Positions 28,764 to 38,234 of a DNA stretch of 53,043 bases are shown in pieces. Positions within the stretch are counted from its first letter, which is position 1. Each line of letters begins with the position of its first letter. The stretch is from an uncultured Vicinamibacterales bacterium (lineage in GTDB: Bacteria > Acidobacteriota > Vicinamibacteria > Vicinamibacterales > JAHECP01). The notes beneath the pieces were generated by a model. That model had not been told where the DNA came from. It saw nothing but the letters and a program-made list of their open reading frames with translations, and searched no databases. The stretch covers positions 1 to 53,043 of the forward strand of contig CAYZKQ010000002.1 in NCBI GenBank assembly GCA_964478975.1, in the 5' to 3' direction. Both the position numbers and the translations under genes were made by a program.

Positions 28764-29600
28764 TCAGATATCGACCTTCCGGAGGCGGCGCGCCGCGAGG
28801 AGGGGTGGGACGAGGGTCCACACGAGGAGGGAGAGGCCGATCAGGACGGCCGCCCCAGCCGGGCCGCGGGTGAAGCGGAGGAACGCGAGCGACGCGGCGC
28901 CGAAGGCCGCCGTCCCCTCGATGGCGAGCAGAGCGCCGGTGCGCACGGCGTCGACGGGGTTGACCAGGACCGCCGCGATCAGGAGGCGCGAGGCCGTCCC
29001 CGACCGCAGCAGTGACGCCACCCCGAGCGCCGCGATGTCGAAGACCACGACGGCGGCGAACCAGATCACGAGCGCGATGGCCAGCGCGCGCGTGCGGCGG
29101 CGGCCGAACTGACCCGCGGCCACGAGGGCGGCGACGCCGAGGAAGATCGCGGTCAGGATGACGGCGCCCGCCACGACCCCCAGGAACCCTTCGAGCCCCC
29201 AGTCGCCGGCGCCGGCGAACACCACGACGCCCGCCGCCCCGAACCCAATGGCCTGCGCCGAGACGAGCGCGGCGAACAGGCCGGCGAGCTTGCCCGCCAG
29301 GATGGTGGCGCGCGGGACGGGTTGCGAGTAGAGCAGCTCGGCGGCCCCCCGGTCCGGCGTCAGTTCGAGCACCCCGAACAGGAGGGCGGCCAGGGGGACC
29401 AGGAGCAGGACGAGCTGCACGAGCGACGCGGCCGTCCGGGCGAAGTCCTGCATGCCGCTGCCGCCGGCCAGGATGTAGCCGGACGAGGCGACGAGCAGCG
29501 CGAGCGCGGCGAACACCACGGAGAAGATCTGCAGCCAGCGCGACCGCACCGCGAGGGTGAGCTCCTGGCGCGCGCACAGCCACAGCCGGCTCATCGTCAT
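28764..29600 (-). CDS. nosY: NosY, ABC-2 type permease of the nitrous-oxide reductase maturation system
   Basis: It is a six-TM ABC-2 permease with an ATGA overlap with nosL and sits in nos context. Confidence 0.85.
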   Translation of the reverse strand: MTMSRLWLCARQELTLAVRSRWLQIFSVVFAALALLVASSGYILAGGSGMQDFARTAASLVQLVLLLVPLAALLFGVLELTPDRGAAELLYSQPVPRATILAGKLAGLFAALVSAQAIGFGAAGVVVFAGAGDWGLEGFLGVVAGAVILTAIFLGVAALVAAGQFGRRRTRALAIALVIWFAAVVVFDIAALGVASLLRSGTASRLLIAAVLVNPVDAVRTGALLAIEGTAAFGAASLAFLRFTRGPAGAAVLIGLSLLVWTLVPPLLAARRLRKVDI

Positions 29601-30121
29601 CGCCCCCGGGGCGGGCCGGCCGGCCCGAACAGGTCGTGTACAGCGACCACCTCGCCGCGTCGCGCGGCGGCGTCTGCGTCGCGGGACGCGCGGTCGGCGT
29701 GCGCCACGAGCCCCGAGTTCATCGGGGTCGCCAGGCCTTCCACTCTCGAATACACAGCGTCAGCGGCCACGACCCACGCCCCCGTCCGGTGGTCCGCGAC
29801 GTACGCGACGGCGCGCGGCGGCTGGTCCGGGTGCGCCGAGAGATACGCGCGCAGGCAGCCGAGGTCGTCGAAGAAGATCGGTTCCTCGCCCGGCGCGACG
29901 ATCTGCGCCGCGAAGTGGACGTCGGAGACCATCATCCGGCACTGCGCGCAAGTCGTGTGCTGCGGGTCGAGGGTCGCCGGCGGTGGCGGACCGCTCGTGC
30001 ACGCCGCCAGCGACGCGGTCAGGATCGCAGGCAAGACGCGCGCGGCGCGGCGGCCCCGAGAATCAGGGCGGGTCCGGAGCGGGGGATGGCGGATCAGGTC
30101 GCGGGCGGCGTCAGGGGTCAT
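29597..30121 (-). CDS. nosL: NosL copper-chaperone lipoprotein
   Basis: It has the lipobox LTASLAAC and the motif CAQCRMMVSD, followed by the conserved FDDLGC. Confidence 0.85.
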   Translation of the reverse strand: MTPDAARDLIRHPPLRTRPDSRGRRAARVLPAILTASLAACTSGPPPPATLDPQHTTCAQCRMMVSDVHFAAQIVAPGEEPIFFDDLGCLRAYLSAHPDQPPRAVAYVADHRTGAWVVAADAVYSRVEGLATPMNSGLVAHADRASRDADAAARRGEVVAVHDLFGPAGPPRGR

Positions 30122-31052
30122 GGGGATCCTCCGGGGGCGAGCCGTTCTTGGCGTCCCTGGCGTCGCCGACCAGCTCGCGGTACAGCGCGTCCAGCCGGCC
30201 TTCCTCCGCCGTCAGGCCTCGAATCTCGGCGCCGGCGGCCCGGACGAGGTCCAGGATCGCGGGACGCTGGGAGGCCGGGCCGGGGACGAAGAGTTCGCCG
30301 GCGATCCAGCGCGTGCCGGGCGCGCGGCGCTCGAGGTCGGCGAGCAATCCGTCCGGAAGCCGGTCGAGCCGCACGCGCATGAGGCCGCGGTCGGCGAGCC
30401 GCGCGCTGAGCTCGGCCTGGCTGAGCGTCGCGACCAGGCGGCCCTCCACGAGGATGGCGAAGCGGTCGGCGAGCCGCTCGGCGTCGCCCATCTGGTGGGA
30501 GCTGAAGAACACCGTCGCGCCCGCGCGCCGGCGCGCGTCGATCAGGCCGTAGAAGGCGCACAGGCCCTCGGGGTCGAGGGCGGCCGTCGGTTCGTCGAGC
30601 AGGAGCACGGGCGCCTCGGGCAGGACGGCGACGGCCAGGCCGAGGCGCTGGACCATGCCGCCGGAATAGGTCCCGACGGCGCGGTCGGCGGCGCCGTTGA
30701 GCGACGCGAAGCGGAGGACCTCGTCCACGCGGGCGGCGGGCGCCCCGCGGAGGGCCTGGTAGAACTCCAGGACCTCCCGGCCCGACAGCGACTCGGGAAA
30801 CGCGACCTTCTGGGGCAGAAACGACACGAGGCGGCGGGCCTCCGGGTCGGCCGCCGGCCGGCCGGGTCGGCCCAGGTGCACCTCGCCGGTGGACGGGCGG
30901 ACCAGCCCTGCCGCGGCCTTGATCGTCGTGGTCTTGCCCGAGCCGTTCGGGCCGAGGAGCGCCACGACCTCGCCGGGGCCGACCTCGAGGGTGAACGCCT
31001 CGACGGCTCGCTGCTCGCCGTACCGCTTCCCGAACCCGGTGTAGCGGATCAT
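30111..31052 (-). CDS. nosF: NosF, ABC ATPase
   Basis: Walker A GPNGSGKTT, signature YSGGMVQRL and Walker B LLLDEP are present. ATG 31052 overlaps the nosD stop (ATGA). Confidence 0.9.
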   Translation of the reverse strand: MIRYTGFGKRYGEQRAVEAFTLEVGPGEVVALLGPNGSGKTTTIKAAAGLVRPSTGEVHLGRPGRPAADPEARRLVSFLPQKVAFPESLSGREVLEFYQALRGAPAARVDEVLRFASLNGAADRAVGTYSGGMVQRLGLAVAVLPEAPVLLLDEPTAALDPEGLCAFYGLIDARRRAGATVFFSSHQMGDAERLADRFAILVEGRLVATLSQAELSARLADRGLMRVRLDRLPDGLLADLERRAPGTRWIAGELFVPGPASQRPAILDLVRAAGAEIRGLTAEEGRLDALYRELVGDARDAKNGSPPEDPHDP

Positions 31053-32443
31053 GGTCGGCCAGCGCGTCGGCTTCGGCGGCGCGGCCGGCGCCCGGCGCCG
31101 AGCACGGCGAGGCCGCCGAGCCCCCAGAGCCCCGAGACGACCATCGCGGCCGGTCGGGCGCCCGGGCGCTCGGCCGGCATGGCCGGCCACGTCGGCGTCG
31201 CCGGGGGGCGCGCGCGCGGGCGCGTGTCCACGATGGGGCGCGGGTCGATGACGGGGAAGGCGCGCTCGGCGACGCCGAGCGCGGCGGCGGCGAGTCCCTG
31301 CGCGAAGAGGTCGGCCGCCGCGAGGTTGCCGCGAAGCTGGTCGAAGACGCTCGACAACCGGTACGGGCGGTCCGCATAGCCGTCGCCGTCCAGGTCCGGC
31401 TCGTCGTGGTCCGACCAGTAGTTGCCGACGAAGGCGGTGTCGGTCCGCCGCACCGTCGTGAAGAGCGGCGAGAGGTTCGCCACGAACACGTTGTCCTCGA
31501 CGCGGTGGCCGCCGGCTATGTCGTAGAGCACGATGGCGACGTCGGACTTGGCCACGAGGTTGCGGCGCAGGATGACGCGGTAGGAATCCTCGATGAACAC
31601 GCCCCGGGCGTTGTCGGCGATCAGGTTGTCCTCCGCGACCACATCCTCGCACGTCTTGAACAGCAGGCCGACCGAGGCGAATCCCCGGTTGCGCACGAAG
31701 CGGTTCCGGCGGAACACGATCCGCTTCGAGTACATGATGGCCGTCCCCGCGTCGCCGTTCTCGAAGGTGTTGTCCTCGAACGTGTTGTCGTCCGAGAACA
31801 TGTAGTGCAGCCCGTACCGGAGGTCCCGCGCCCGGTTGCCGGCGACGAACCCATGAGGCGACGACTGGATGTAGAAGCCGTCGCGCACGTCGGCGATGTC
31901 GTTGCCGGTCAGCCGGAACCCGTCGGTGTTCCACACGTGCACGCCCGACCCTTTCTCGCCGGGCAACTTCCCGGGGATCCCGCGGATCGTCACGCGGTCG
32001 ACCGTGGCGCCGTGCGCCTCCCGCAGGTACACGCCGAACAGCGTGTTCCGGATGCGGCACCGCCGGATCGTGACGGACCGCCCGGTGACGTGCACGCCCG
32101 CCGGGTCGCGCCCGAGGTCGCCGCCGCCTTTGCCGTCGATGTCGAACCCTTCGACCGTCACGCGGTCGGCCCGGACCCGGACGACGCTCCCGGTGCCCGA
32201 GCCCACGAGCCGCGGCCAGCCCTCGCCGACCAGACGCAGCGGCTTGTCGATCACGAGGTCGCCCTCGTACACGCCGGCGCCGACCACCACGGTCTCGCCC
32301 GGGGCGGCCCGGTCGACGAGCGTCTGGAGCGGCGAGGTCTGGGCGGGTGCCGGCCGGCCCTCCACGGTTCCCGGGGGCGGCGCGGGGACCCCGCCGGTCA
32401 CCTGCGCCAGAGCGACCGCGAGCAGCACGCTGGTCACGGTCAT
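31049..32443 (-). CDS. nosD: NosD, periplasmic right-handed beta-helix (CASH) protein
   Basis: It has a signal peptide and repeated parallel beta-helix motifs (NTLFGVYL, DGFYIQSS, YGLHYMFSDDNTFEDN, ARGVFIEDS), in nos context. Confidence 0.9.
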   Translation of the reverse strand: MTVTSVLLAVALAQVTGGVPAPPPGTVEGRPAPAQTSPLQTLVDRAAPGETVVVGAGVYEGDLVIDKPLRLVGEGWPRLVGSGTGSVVRVRADRVTVEGFDIDGKGGGDLGRDPAGVHVTGRSVTIRRCRIRNTLFGVYLREAHGATVDRVTIRGIPGKLPGEKGSGVHVWNTDGFRLTGNDIADVRDGFYIQSSPHGFVAGNRARDLRYGLHYMFSDDNTFEDNTFENGDAGTAIMYSKRIVFRRNRFVRNRGFASVGLLFKTCEDVVAEDNLIADNARGVFIEDSYRVILRRNLVAKSDVAIVLYDIAGGHRVEDNVFVANLSPLFTTVRRTDTAFVGNYWSDHDEPDLDGDGYADRPYRLSSVFDQLRGNLAAADLFAQGLAAAALGVAERAFPVIDPRPIVDTRPRARPPATPTWPAMPAERPGARPAAMVVSGLWGLGGLAVLGAGRRPRRRSRRAGRP

Positions 32444-32476
32444 GTCAGCCCCCGGCCTGCCGCCGGCCCCCGGAGC

Positions 32477-33121
32477 CTACCCGCTCCGGCTCGCACCCTG
32501 CGTTCGCCGCGCCTCCCGCCACGCCAGGACGACCGCCAGCACGAGCGCCGCGAACACGCCCAGCATGACATAGGTCCCCGCCTGGGGATACGAGTAGACC
32601 TGGAAGTTCGCGATCTGCTTGAAGCCGAACACGGGCGGCATGAACGGGTCCACCTTGACGGCGGCCGTCGGCGACAGGTTGTGTCCGTACTGGTAGAGCT
32701 TGTAGGCGAACGACCAGAGCGAGAACGCCCCGAAGTAGACGAACAGGATCAAGACGTCCACCAGGCTGCCGACGTTGCCGTGGACGGCCGCCCGCAGGCA
32801 GAGCAGCGCCAGGGCGCCGATGACGAAGGGCATCCACTTGAACTCGGTGAAGTCCTCCTCGACGATGTCGCGCATGCCGATGTAGTGGTTGAGGACGTTG
32901 ATCTCGCGGATGTCCCGCCCCTCGCGGCCCCCGGCGAAGGTGTGGCTGTAGATGTCGAGGCGCAGCCCGTCGGGGTACTGCGGCGCGAACATCGTCAGGT
33001 TCCAGAGGGGGAGGACGTAGGTCAGGGCCAGGGCGAGGGCGGCGGCGACGAGCAGCGTGCGGGGGGCGAGGCCGAAGATGTGATCGAGAAACCGGCTGAC
33101 GGAGAGGAAGAAGGTGCGCAT
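32477..33121 (-). CDS. nosB: NosB-like membrane protein (clade-II nos-specific gene immediately downstream of nosZ)
   Basis: It is a 214-aa polytopic membrane protein in the position and orientation typical of atypical nos clusters. The assignment rests on context. Confidence 0.6.
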   Translation of the reverse strand: MRTFFLSVSRFLDHIFGLAPRTLLVAAALALALTYVLPLWNLTMFAPQYPDGLRLDIYSHTFAGGREGRDIREINVLNHYIGMRDIVEEDFTEFKWMPFVIGALALLCLRAAVHGNVGSLVDVLILFVYFGAFSLWSFAYKLYQYGHNLSPTAAVKVDPFMPPVFGFKQIANFQVYSYPQAGTYVMLGVFAALVLAVVLAWREARRTQGASRSG

Positions 33122-33157
33122 GGGACTGACCTTGTTGGACAATTCCCAACCCCCGGC

Positions 33158-33192
33158 GCGCGGCCCGGCGGGACGCCCCGGCCGGGCCGCGC
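33158..33192 (-). repeat. Perfect 11-bp inverted repeat (13-nt spacer): intercistronic stem-loop between nosZ and nosB
   Basis: gcgcggcccgg (33158-33168) pairs with ccgggccgcgc (33182-33192), and further GC pairing is possible inside the spacer. No U-tract follows. Confidence 0.5.
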
Positions 33193-33219
33193 GGGGTGGC
33201 ACGGGTTGCGGGGGTGGGC

Positions 33220-35082
33220 CTACCGCGGCCGAACGACCATGTAGCCCTGCATCTCCTGGTGCAGCGCCGAGCAGAAGTTCGTGCAGTAGTACGGGAACAC
33301 CCCCGGTTTGTCGACCGTGAACGTCACGGTCTTGGTTTCGCCCGGGTCCACCACGATGTTGATGTTGTAGTCGAGGATGGCGAACCCGTGCAGTTCGTCG
33401 GTCGTCTGCTCGATGTTCGTCACCGCGACGGTCACCTCGTCGCCCTGCCGGACTTCGAAGTCGGTCGGCGTGAAGGTCGACCGCACGGCGATCATCTTGA
33501 CGATCACGCGGTTGCCCTGGCGCGTGACGCCCGCGTCCTTGACGTCCCACACGGCGAGCGGGTGCTTGTTCTCTTCTTTCGGGTACACCTCGATGGGCTT
33601 CAGCTTGTCGGCCTTGATGATCTGCGCGTAGTGGGGCTCGGGCTCGGTGAACGAGTCGTAGAGCAGCTTCATCTTTTCCTCGCTGATGTCGACGAGCTGC
33701 GAGGATTCGGGCTGCGAGGGGCCGACCGACAGGTGGCGTCCGTGCGAGAGCTTGTTGAGACCGACGAGCCACTTGCCGTCGGGGCTGACCGTGTCGCCCT
33801 CGGCGGCCGCCAGGTGCCCGATCGAGTAGGACATGGGCACCTTGTCGACGACCTCCCAGGTGCCCAGCTTCCACTTGGCGATGGCGCTGTCGACGAAGAG
33901 CGAGGTGTAGGCGTAGCCGTCCGGGCCGAACTGCGTGTGGAGCGGCCCCAGGCCCACGGGTACCTCGGCGTCCTTGATGGCGTCGTAGTTGAGCACCGGG
34001 ATGCCGTCTTCGTCGCCGGTGAAGTTCTTGTTACGGATCGCCGTCTGGATCTTCTCGAAGTTGAAGGCGGTCGTGACGCCCTGGAGCTTCCCGGACCCGA
34101 TGATGTACTTGCCGTCGGGGGAGACGTCGACGCCGTGGGGTGACTTCCCGCAGGGCAGGAAGTACACGAGTCCCGGCACCTCTTTCGGGTCGATGACGCG
34201 CACGCCGCCGATCATCCGGCCCTTGCCCTCGGCCGCCGCCTTCTCGGCGAGGTGCCAGTCGATCATGGCGATGTAGTCGCGGTCCCGCTGGGACGCCGTG
34301 ACCTCGAGTTTCCCCGTCGCGCGCTCGGTGTTGTACGAGGTGAAGAACACGTAGCCGTCGGAGACGAGCTTGCCCGCGTCGCCGAGGTCGTAGTCGAACG
34401 GCGGCAGCACGATCTGCCAGCCGAAGGACATCTCGCCGGTCTTCGGGTCGATCTTGATGCCGGTGACGACTCCCTTGTACTCGGTCGCGTACTTGCTCAC
34501 CTCGACCGCGGTGCCCTTCGGGATCGGGATGGAGAAGCGCGACGCCATCACCGAGTACTCGGTGTTCGGCGTCACGAACGCCGAGGCGTGGTTGCCCGAG
34601 ACGTTCGGGATCGGCCCGATGATCTGCTTGACCTTGAAGTCGCGCAGGTCGATCCGGGCGATGCGCCCGTTCATGTCGTTGACGAACAGCCAGCGCCCGT
34701 CGTAGTCGCCGTTGGTCTCCGAGAGCGACGGGTGGTGGACGTCGCCCCAGGTCAACCCGCCGAGCATCTTCTTCGAGTCGTCGTCGAACCCGTAGCCCGT
34801 CGCCGGATACGGGGTGAAGACGGGGATCGTGACGATGTGGCGCATCGAGGGGATGCCGTAGACGTACACGTTCCCCGAGTGCCCGCCGGAGGCGAACATG
34901 TAGTACTCGTCGAGGTCGCCCGGCGCCACGTAGACCTTCTGTGCGGCCAGGGCGATCTCCGACACACCGGCCGCGCGGCGGCGCTCCTCGGGTGCCCGCG
35001 GCGCGCAGTACGCGGCGAGCCAGGCCAGCCCGAGGACAACGGCCGCGCTCGCCCAGACGAAGGGATGCTTGCGTGGCGACAT
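33220..35082 (-). CDS. nosZ: Nitrous-oxide reductase NosZ, clade II (Sec-type signal peptide)
   Basis: This is the last 620 codons of artefactual ORF 33220..37692. It has the CuA site CTNFCSALHQEM, beta-propeller His motifs (DVHHP, SGNHAS, SPHGVD, GPLHTQF, EPHYAQ), and the N-terminus MSPRKHPFVWASAAVVLGLAWLAA with no twin-Arg. Confidence 0.95.
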   Translation of the reverse strand: MSPRKHPFVWASAAVVLGLAWLAAYCAPRAPEERRRAAGVSEIALAAQKVYVAPGDLDEYYMFASGGHSGNVYVYGIPSMRHIVTIPVFTPYPATGYGFDDDSKKMLGGLTWGDVHHPSLSETNGDYDGRWLFVNDMNGRIARIDLRDFKVKQIIGPIPNVSGNHASAFVTPNTEYSVMASRFSIPIPKGTAVEVSKYATEYKGVVTGIKIDPKTGEMSFGWQIVLPPFDYDLGDAGKLVSDGYVFFTSYNTERATGKLEVTASQRDRDYIAMIDWHLAEKAAAEGKGRMIGGVRVIDPKEVPGLVYFLPCGKSPHGVDVSPDGKYIIGSGKLQGVTTAFNFEKIQTAIRNKNFTGDEDGIPVLNYDAIKDAEVPVGLGPLHTQFGPDGYAYTSLFVDSAIAKWKLGTWEVVDKVPMSYSIGHLAAAEGDTVSPDGKWLVGLNKLSHGRHLSVGPSQPESSQLVDISEEKMKLLYDSFTEPEPHYAQIIKADKLKPIEVYPKEENKHPLAVWDVKDAGVTRQGNRVIVKMIAVRSTFTPTDFEVRQGDEVTVAVTNIEQTTDELHGFAILDYNINIVVDPGETKTVTFTVDKPGVFPYYCTNFCSALHQEMQGYMVVRPR

Positions 35083-35114
35083 GAGTCCGCTCCTTTCCGA
35101 ATTACCTGGTCCTC

Positions 35115-36341
35115 CTACCGACCCGCGTCCGGCGGCCCGCCGGACTGCTGCTGCCGCTGATACGCGGCGAAGGCCTCCCGCAACTTCTGGATGGCGACCT
35201 GCTTCTGCTCGGGCGTCAGGACGATCTGCCGCGCGAGCACGACGGCCATCGTGCCAGTCGGCTCGCGCAGGAAGTCGTCGATCGTCCGGCCGAACCGCTT
35301 CTGCACGTCCTCGACGGCGATCGACAGGTCCGGCCCGATCTGCGCCGGACTCGTGACGCCGAAGACCGAGATCGAGTGGCAGACGAAGCAGCCGGTCGAC
35401 ACGAACCACGCGCCCGGCCCGGTCTTCATCTCCTCTTCCCGCTTGATCTCCTCGGCGGTGCGCGGCTCCGTGCGCGGCGCCCCGGCGAGATACGCCGCCG
35501 GCACCGTGACCCGCCGCCACGAGAGCACGAGCATGGCGAGAGCCTGCGCCTGCTCGGTCGTGAAGTGGAAGTTCGGCATCACGGTGTCCTGCACGAGCGC
35601 CCGCGGGTCCTTGAAGTGGGCGACGTGCCAGGCGAAGGCGGTCTTCTGGCCCGACAGGCGGCTGAAGTCGTACTGCTCGGGCGCCTTGTCCCCGACGTCG
35701 GTCAGATCGGGACCGATCGTCCCCCCGTAGCCGTTGATGACGTGGCACGCCCGGCAGCCCTTCTCGCGCACCAGGCGCTTGGCCAGATTGATCGCGTCGG
35801 CCCCCTTCGTCTCGCGGTCGTACCGGTGGCAGACGTTGCAGTTCATCTGGATGAGCGCGCCCTTGTCGGTCGCCAGCGAGTACGCCTCGCCGAGGGTGCG
35901 GCTGAGCAGCGGCTCCTCCCAGTGCGCCACCTCCCCGTGCGCCGGCCCGGTGTCGATGGCCCACCCCTGCCCGCCGTGGCAGACGGTGCAGCCGTACCGC
36001 TCGATGGGATGGATCCGGATCGGCTCGACCGGGTGCGTACGCCACGGTTCTTCGGCCGTCTCGAACCCTTTCCAGGAGACCGCCTGGTGGCACGTCTGGC
36101 ACCGGTCGGCCCGCCGGAGTTCGGGGATCCAGATCTGCTGGATCCCCGACGGGACGGCGGCCGCCTTGTCCGCGCCGAAGCGCTCGGCCACCATCTGCCG
36201 GAAACGATACTGGTAGTAGCGCCAGTCGTGCGTGCGGTCGGCCCACCAGAAGAGCACCGTGGAGGCGACGAGCACGAGGCCCACGCCCGCCAGCACGGGA
36301 CGATCGGTCGCCGGATACGGAGAATCGGTCCGCTGTTCCAT
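35115..36341 (-). CDS. Membrane-anchored pentahaem c-type cytochrome (cytochrome c subunit of the Rieske/cyt b complex)
   Basis: It has an N-terminal TM and five CxxCH motifs (CQTCH, CTVCH, CNVCH, CRACH, CFVCH). Its stop lies 32 nt upstream of the nosZ start. Confidence 0.9.
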   Translation of the reverse strand: MEQRTDSPYPATDRPVLAGVGLVLVASTVLFWWADRTHDWRYYQYRFRQMVAERFGADKAAAVPSGIQQIWIPELRRADRCQTCHQAVSWKGFETAEEPWRTHPVEPIRIHPIERYGCTVCHGGQGWAIDTGPAHGEVAHWEEPLLSRTLGEAYSLATDKGALIQMNCNVCHRYDRETKGADAINLAKRLVREKGCRACHVINGYGGTIGPDLTDVGDKAPEQYDFSRLSGQKTAFAWHVAHFKDPRALVQDTVMPNFHFTTEQAQALAMLVLSWRRVTVPAAYLAGAPRTEPRTAEEIKREEEMKTGPGAWFVSTGCFVCHSISVFGVTSPAQIGPDLSIAVEDVQKRFGRTIDDFLREPTGTMAVVLARQIVLTPEQKQVAIQKLREAFAAYQRQQQSGGPPDAGR

Positions 36342-36359
36342 CGTCGCAGTCCGCCGCGC

Positions 36360-37703
36360 TCAAATCCTTCCCGGGATCTCCGGCCAGGGTTCCCACGGCC
36401 AGTAGAAGTGCCAGTACGGCCCGCGCAGCCACAAGCCGATCACCGTCAAGATCGCCACGCCGAGCACAACGAGCAGGAACACCAGGTTCTGCCGGCGACG
36501 CGCCGCAGGCCACCACCGCCCGGCGCAGTCCGCGGGGCTCCGGTCGAGCCAGGGCCAGACCGTCAGGAGGAAGATCAGGGCGCCCGGCACGAGCACGCCG
36601 CCCAGAAAGGCCCCGTTCACGGTGAAGGACCCGACCTGCACGGTCGTGATGGTCACGAGCTCCTGGAGCCAGAGGAAGTACCAGGGCGCTTTCGCCGGGT
36701 TCGGCGTCACCAGCGGATTGGCCGGCTCTTCGAGGGGCGAGGCGATGAAGACCGACAGGATACTGACCAGGGCGAACGTGCCCAGCACCACGATGGCCGT
36801 GCGGCGGATCAGGTCCGGGACGGCGTTGACCGTCAGGGCGGGCGCCTCGACGCTCGTGGCGCGCACAAACGGTGACGTGCCGCGGGCGACCCCGAGCAGC
36901 GTGTACGTCTTCGTGGGCACGACGGGCGTCTCGTGGCGCTCGACGACCGACGCGGCGTCGGCCGCGGCGAGGCCCCCGTCCTTCCGCACCCGCCACATGT
37001 GGTAGGCGAACAACACGCCGAGCACGCCGGGCAGCAGGAAGACGTGGAGCACGTAGAAGCGGATGAGCGTGGCCTGCTCGATCGTCCGCCCCCCGATGAG
37101 CAGCTCGCGCACGGTGCCGCCGATCCCGGGGATGGACGAGGCGATGTTGGTTCCGACCGTGACGGCCCAGAAGGCCAGCTGGTCCCAGGGCAGCAGATAA
37201 CCCGTGAACGACAGCAGCAGGGTGGCGAGCAGCATCGCGACGCCGATCACCCAGTTCCACTCGCGGTGCTGGCTGGGTCCCGCGGCGTTCTTGTACGCGC
37301 CGGTCAGAAAGACGCGCACCAGGTGCAGCGCCACGGCGACGACCATCAGGTGCGCCGAGATGCGGTGCACGGCGCGGATCCACGAGCCGAAGCTCACGAC
37401 GAACTCGATGTCCTTGACCGACTGGTAGGCCCGCTCGACCGACGGGACGTAGAGGAACATGAGCGGGATGCCCGAAAGGACGAGCAGCAGGAAGAGCGCC
37501 GCCGAGACGGTGCCGAGCCAGAACGAGTAGGTCCACGCGAGCGACGGCTTCGCCACCTTCGCCGGGAACCAGTGCAGCAGCAGGTTGGCGACCACCGCGT
37601 CGCCCGCGTCGCGGTCCGACCGCGGCCGCCAGCTCCAGAACGGCTGCGGGCGCACCCCGGGGGCGCTCGGGGCCTCGGTCTGCGTCCACCACCTCATCGC
37701 CAT
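36360..37703 (-). CDS. Cytochrome b (fused b6 / subunit-IV-like) of a Rieske/cyt b complex
   Basis: WIRAVHRISAHLMVVAVALHLVRVF, LLPWDQLAFWA and FYVLHVFLLPG are present: the haem-ligand His pairs and the PEWY-region equivalent. Confidence 0.9.
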   Translation of the reverse strand: MAMRWWTQTEAPSAPGVRPQPFWSWRPRSDRDAGDAVVANLLLHWFPAKVAKPSLAWTYSFWLGTVSAALFLLLVLSGIPLMFLYVPSVERAYQSVKDIEFVVSFGSWIRAVHRISAHLMVVAVALHLVRVFLTGAYKNAAGPSQHREWNWVIGVAMLLATLLLSFTGYLLPWDQLAFWAVTVGTNIASSIPGIGGTVRELLIGGRTIEQATLIRFYVLHVFLLPGVLGVLFAYHMWRVRKDGGLAAADAASVVERHETPVVPTKTYTLLGVARGTSPFVRATSVEAPALTVNAVPDLIRRTAIVVLGTFALVSILSVFIASPLEEPANPLVTPNPAKAPWYFLWLQELVTITTVQVGSFTVNGAFLGGVLVPGALIFLLTVWPWLDRSPADCAGRWWPAARRRQNLVFLLVVLGVAILTVIGLWLRGPYWHFYWPWEPWPEIPGRI

Positions 37704-37718
37704 CGCGTCACCATCCCG

Positions 37719-38234
37719 TCAGAGGGTCAGGCGGAAGTCGTGCCCCACTTCGTCCGCCAGGTCGACCACCAGTTGCCCGTCGTCCGGAGCGATCGACAGC
37801 CGGTACCACGCGAGCGGCCGGGGCGCCGGTCCGGCCACGTTCCGGCCGTCCCCCTCGTAACGCGACCCGTGGCACGGGCAGAGGAAGCGGTGCGTCAGGC
37901 GCAGCCGCGCGCCCCCGACCTCGCGCTCGACCGGCTGGCTGAGGGCTTCGGCCCGCACCGTGCACCCCAGGTGCGTGCAGACGGCCGAAATCGCGTGGAA
38001 CGTGTTGCCCTGGCGGAAGACGAAGAGCCGCTGGTCGGAGAGGAACTTCAGCCCCTCGGGGAACTCGCTCGGGAGCCCGAGCTTGACCGTCGTGGGGGCG
38101 TCGTAGGAGACGTTGGGCACCAGCGACCGGAGCGAGGCGACCCCCTGGGTCGCGACGCCGGCGATGCCGGCCCCCAGCCCCAGCTTCATCAGGAACTCGC
38201 GCCGATCCGGCTTCGCCCGCGACGTGTCACTCAT
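37719..38234 (-). CDS. Rieske [2Fe-2S] subunit with Tat signal
   Basis: It has DRREFLMKLGLGAGIAG (Tat) and CTHLGC...CPCHGS. Its ATG overlaps the upstream stop (ATGA). Confidence 0.9.
   Translation of the reverse strand: MSDTSRAKPDRREFLMKLGLGAGIAGVATQGVASLRSLVPNVSYDAPTTVKLGLPSEFPEGLKFLSDQRLFVFRQGNTFHAISAVCTHLGCTVRAEALSQPVEREVGGARLRLTHRFLCPCHGSRYEGDGRNVAGPAPRPLAWYRLSIAPDDGQLVVDLADEVGHDFRLTL

Noticed and set aside
35083-37692. N-terminal 870 codons of ORF 33220..37692, upstream of the NosZ start
   Set aside because: This part is low-complexity and overlaps, out of frame, the well-supported pentahaem cytochrome c and cytochrome b genes on the same strand. NosZ starts at ATG 35082, which has an SD and a signal peptide.
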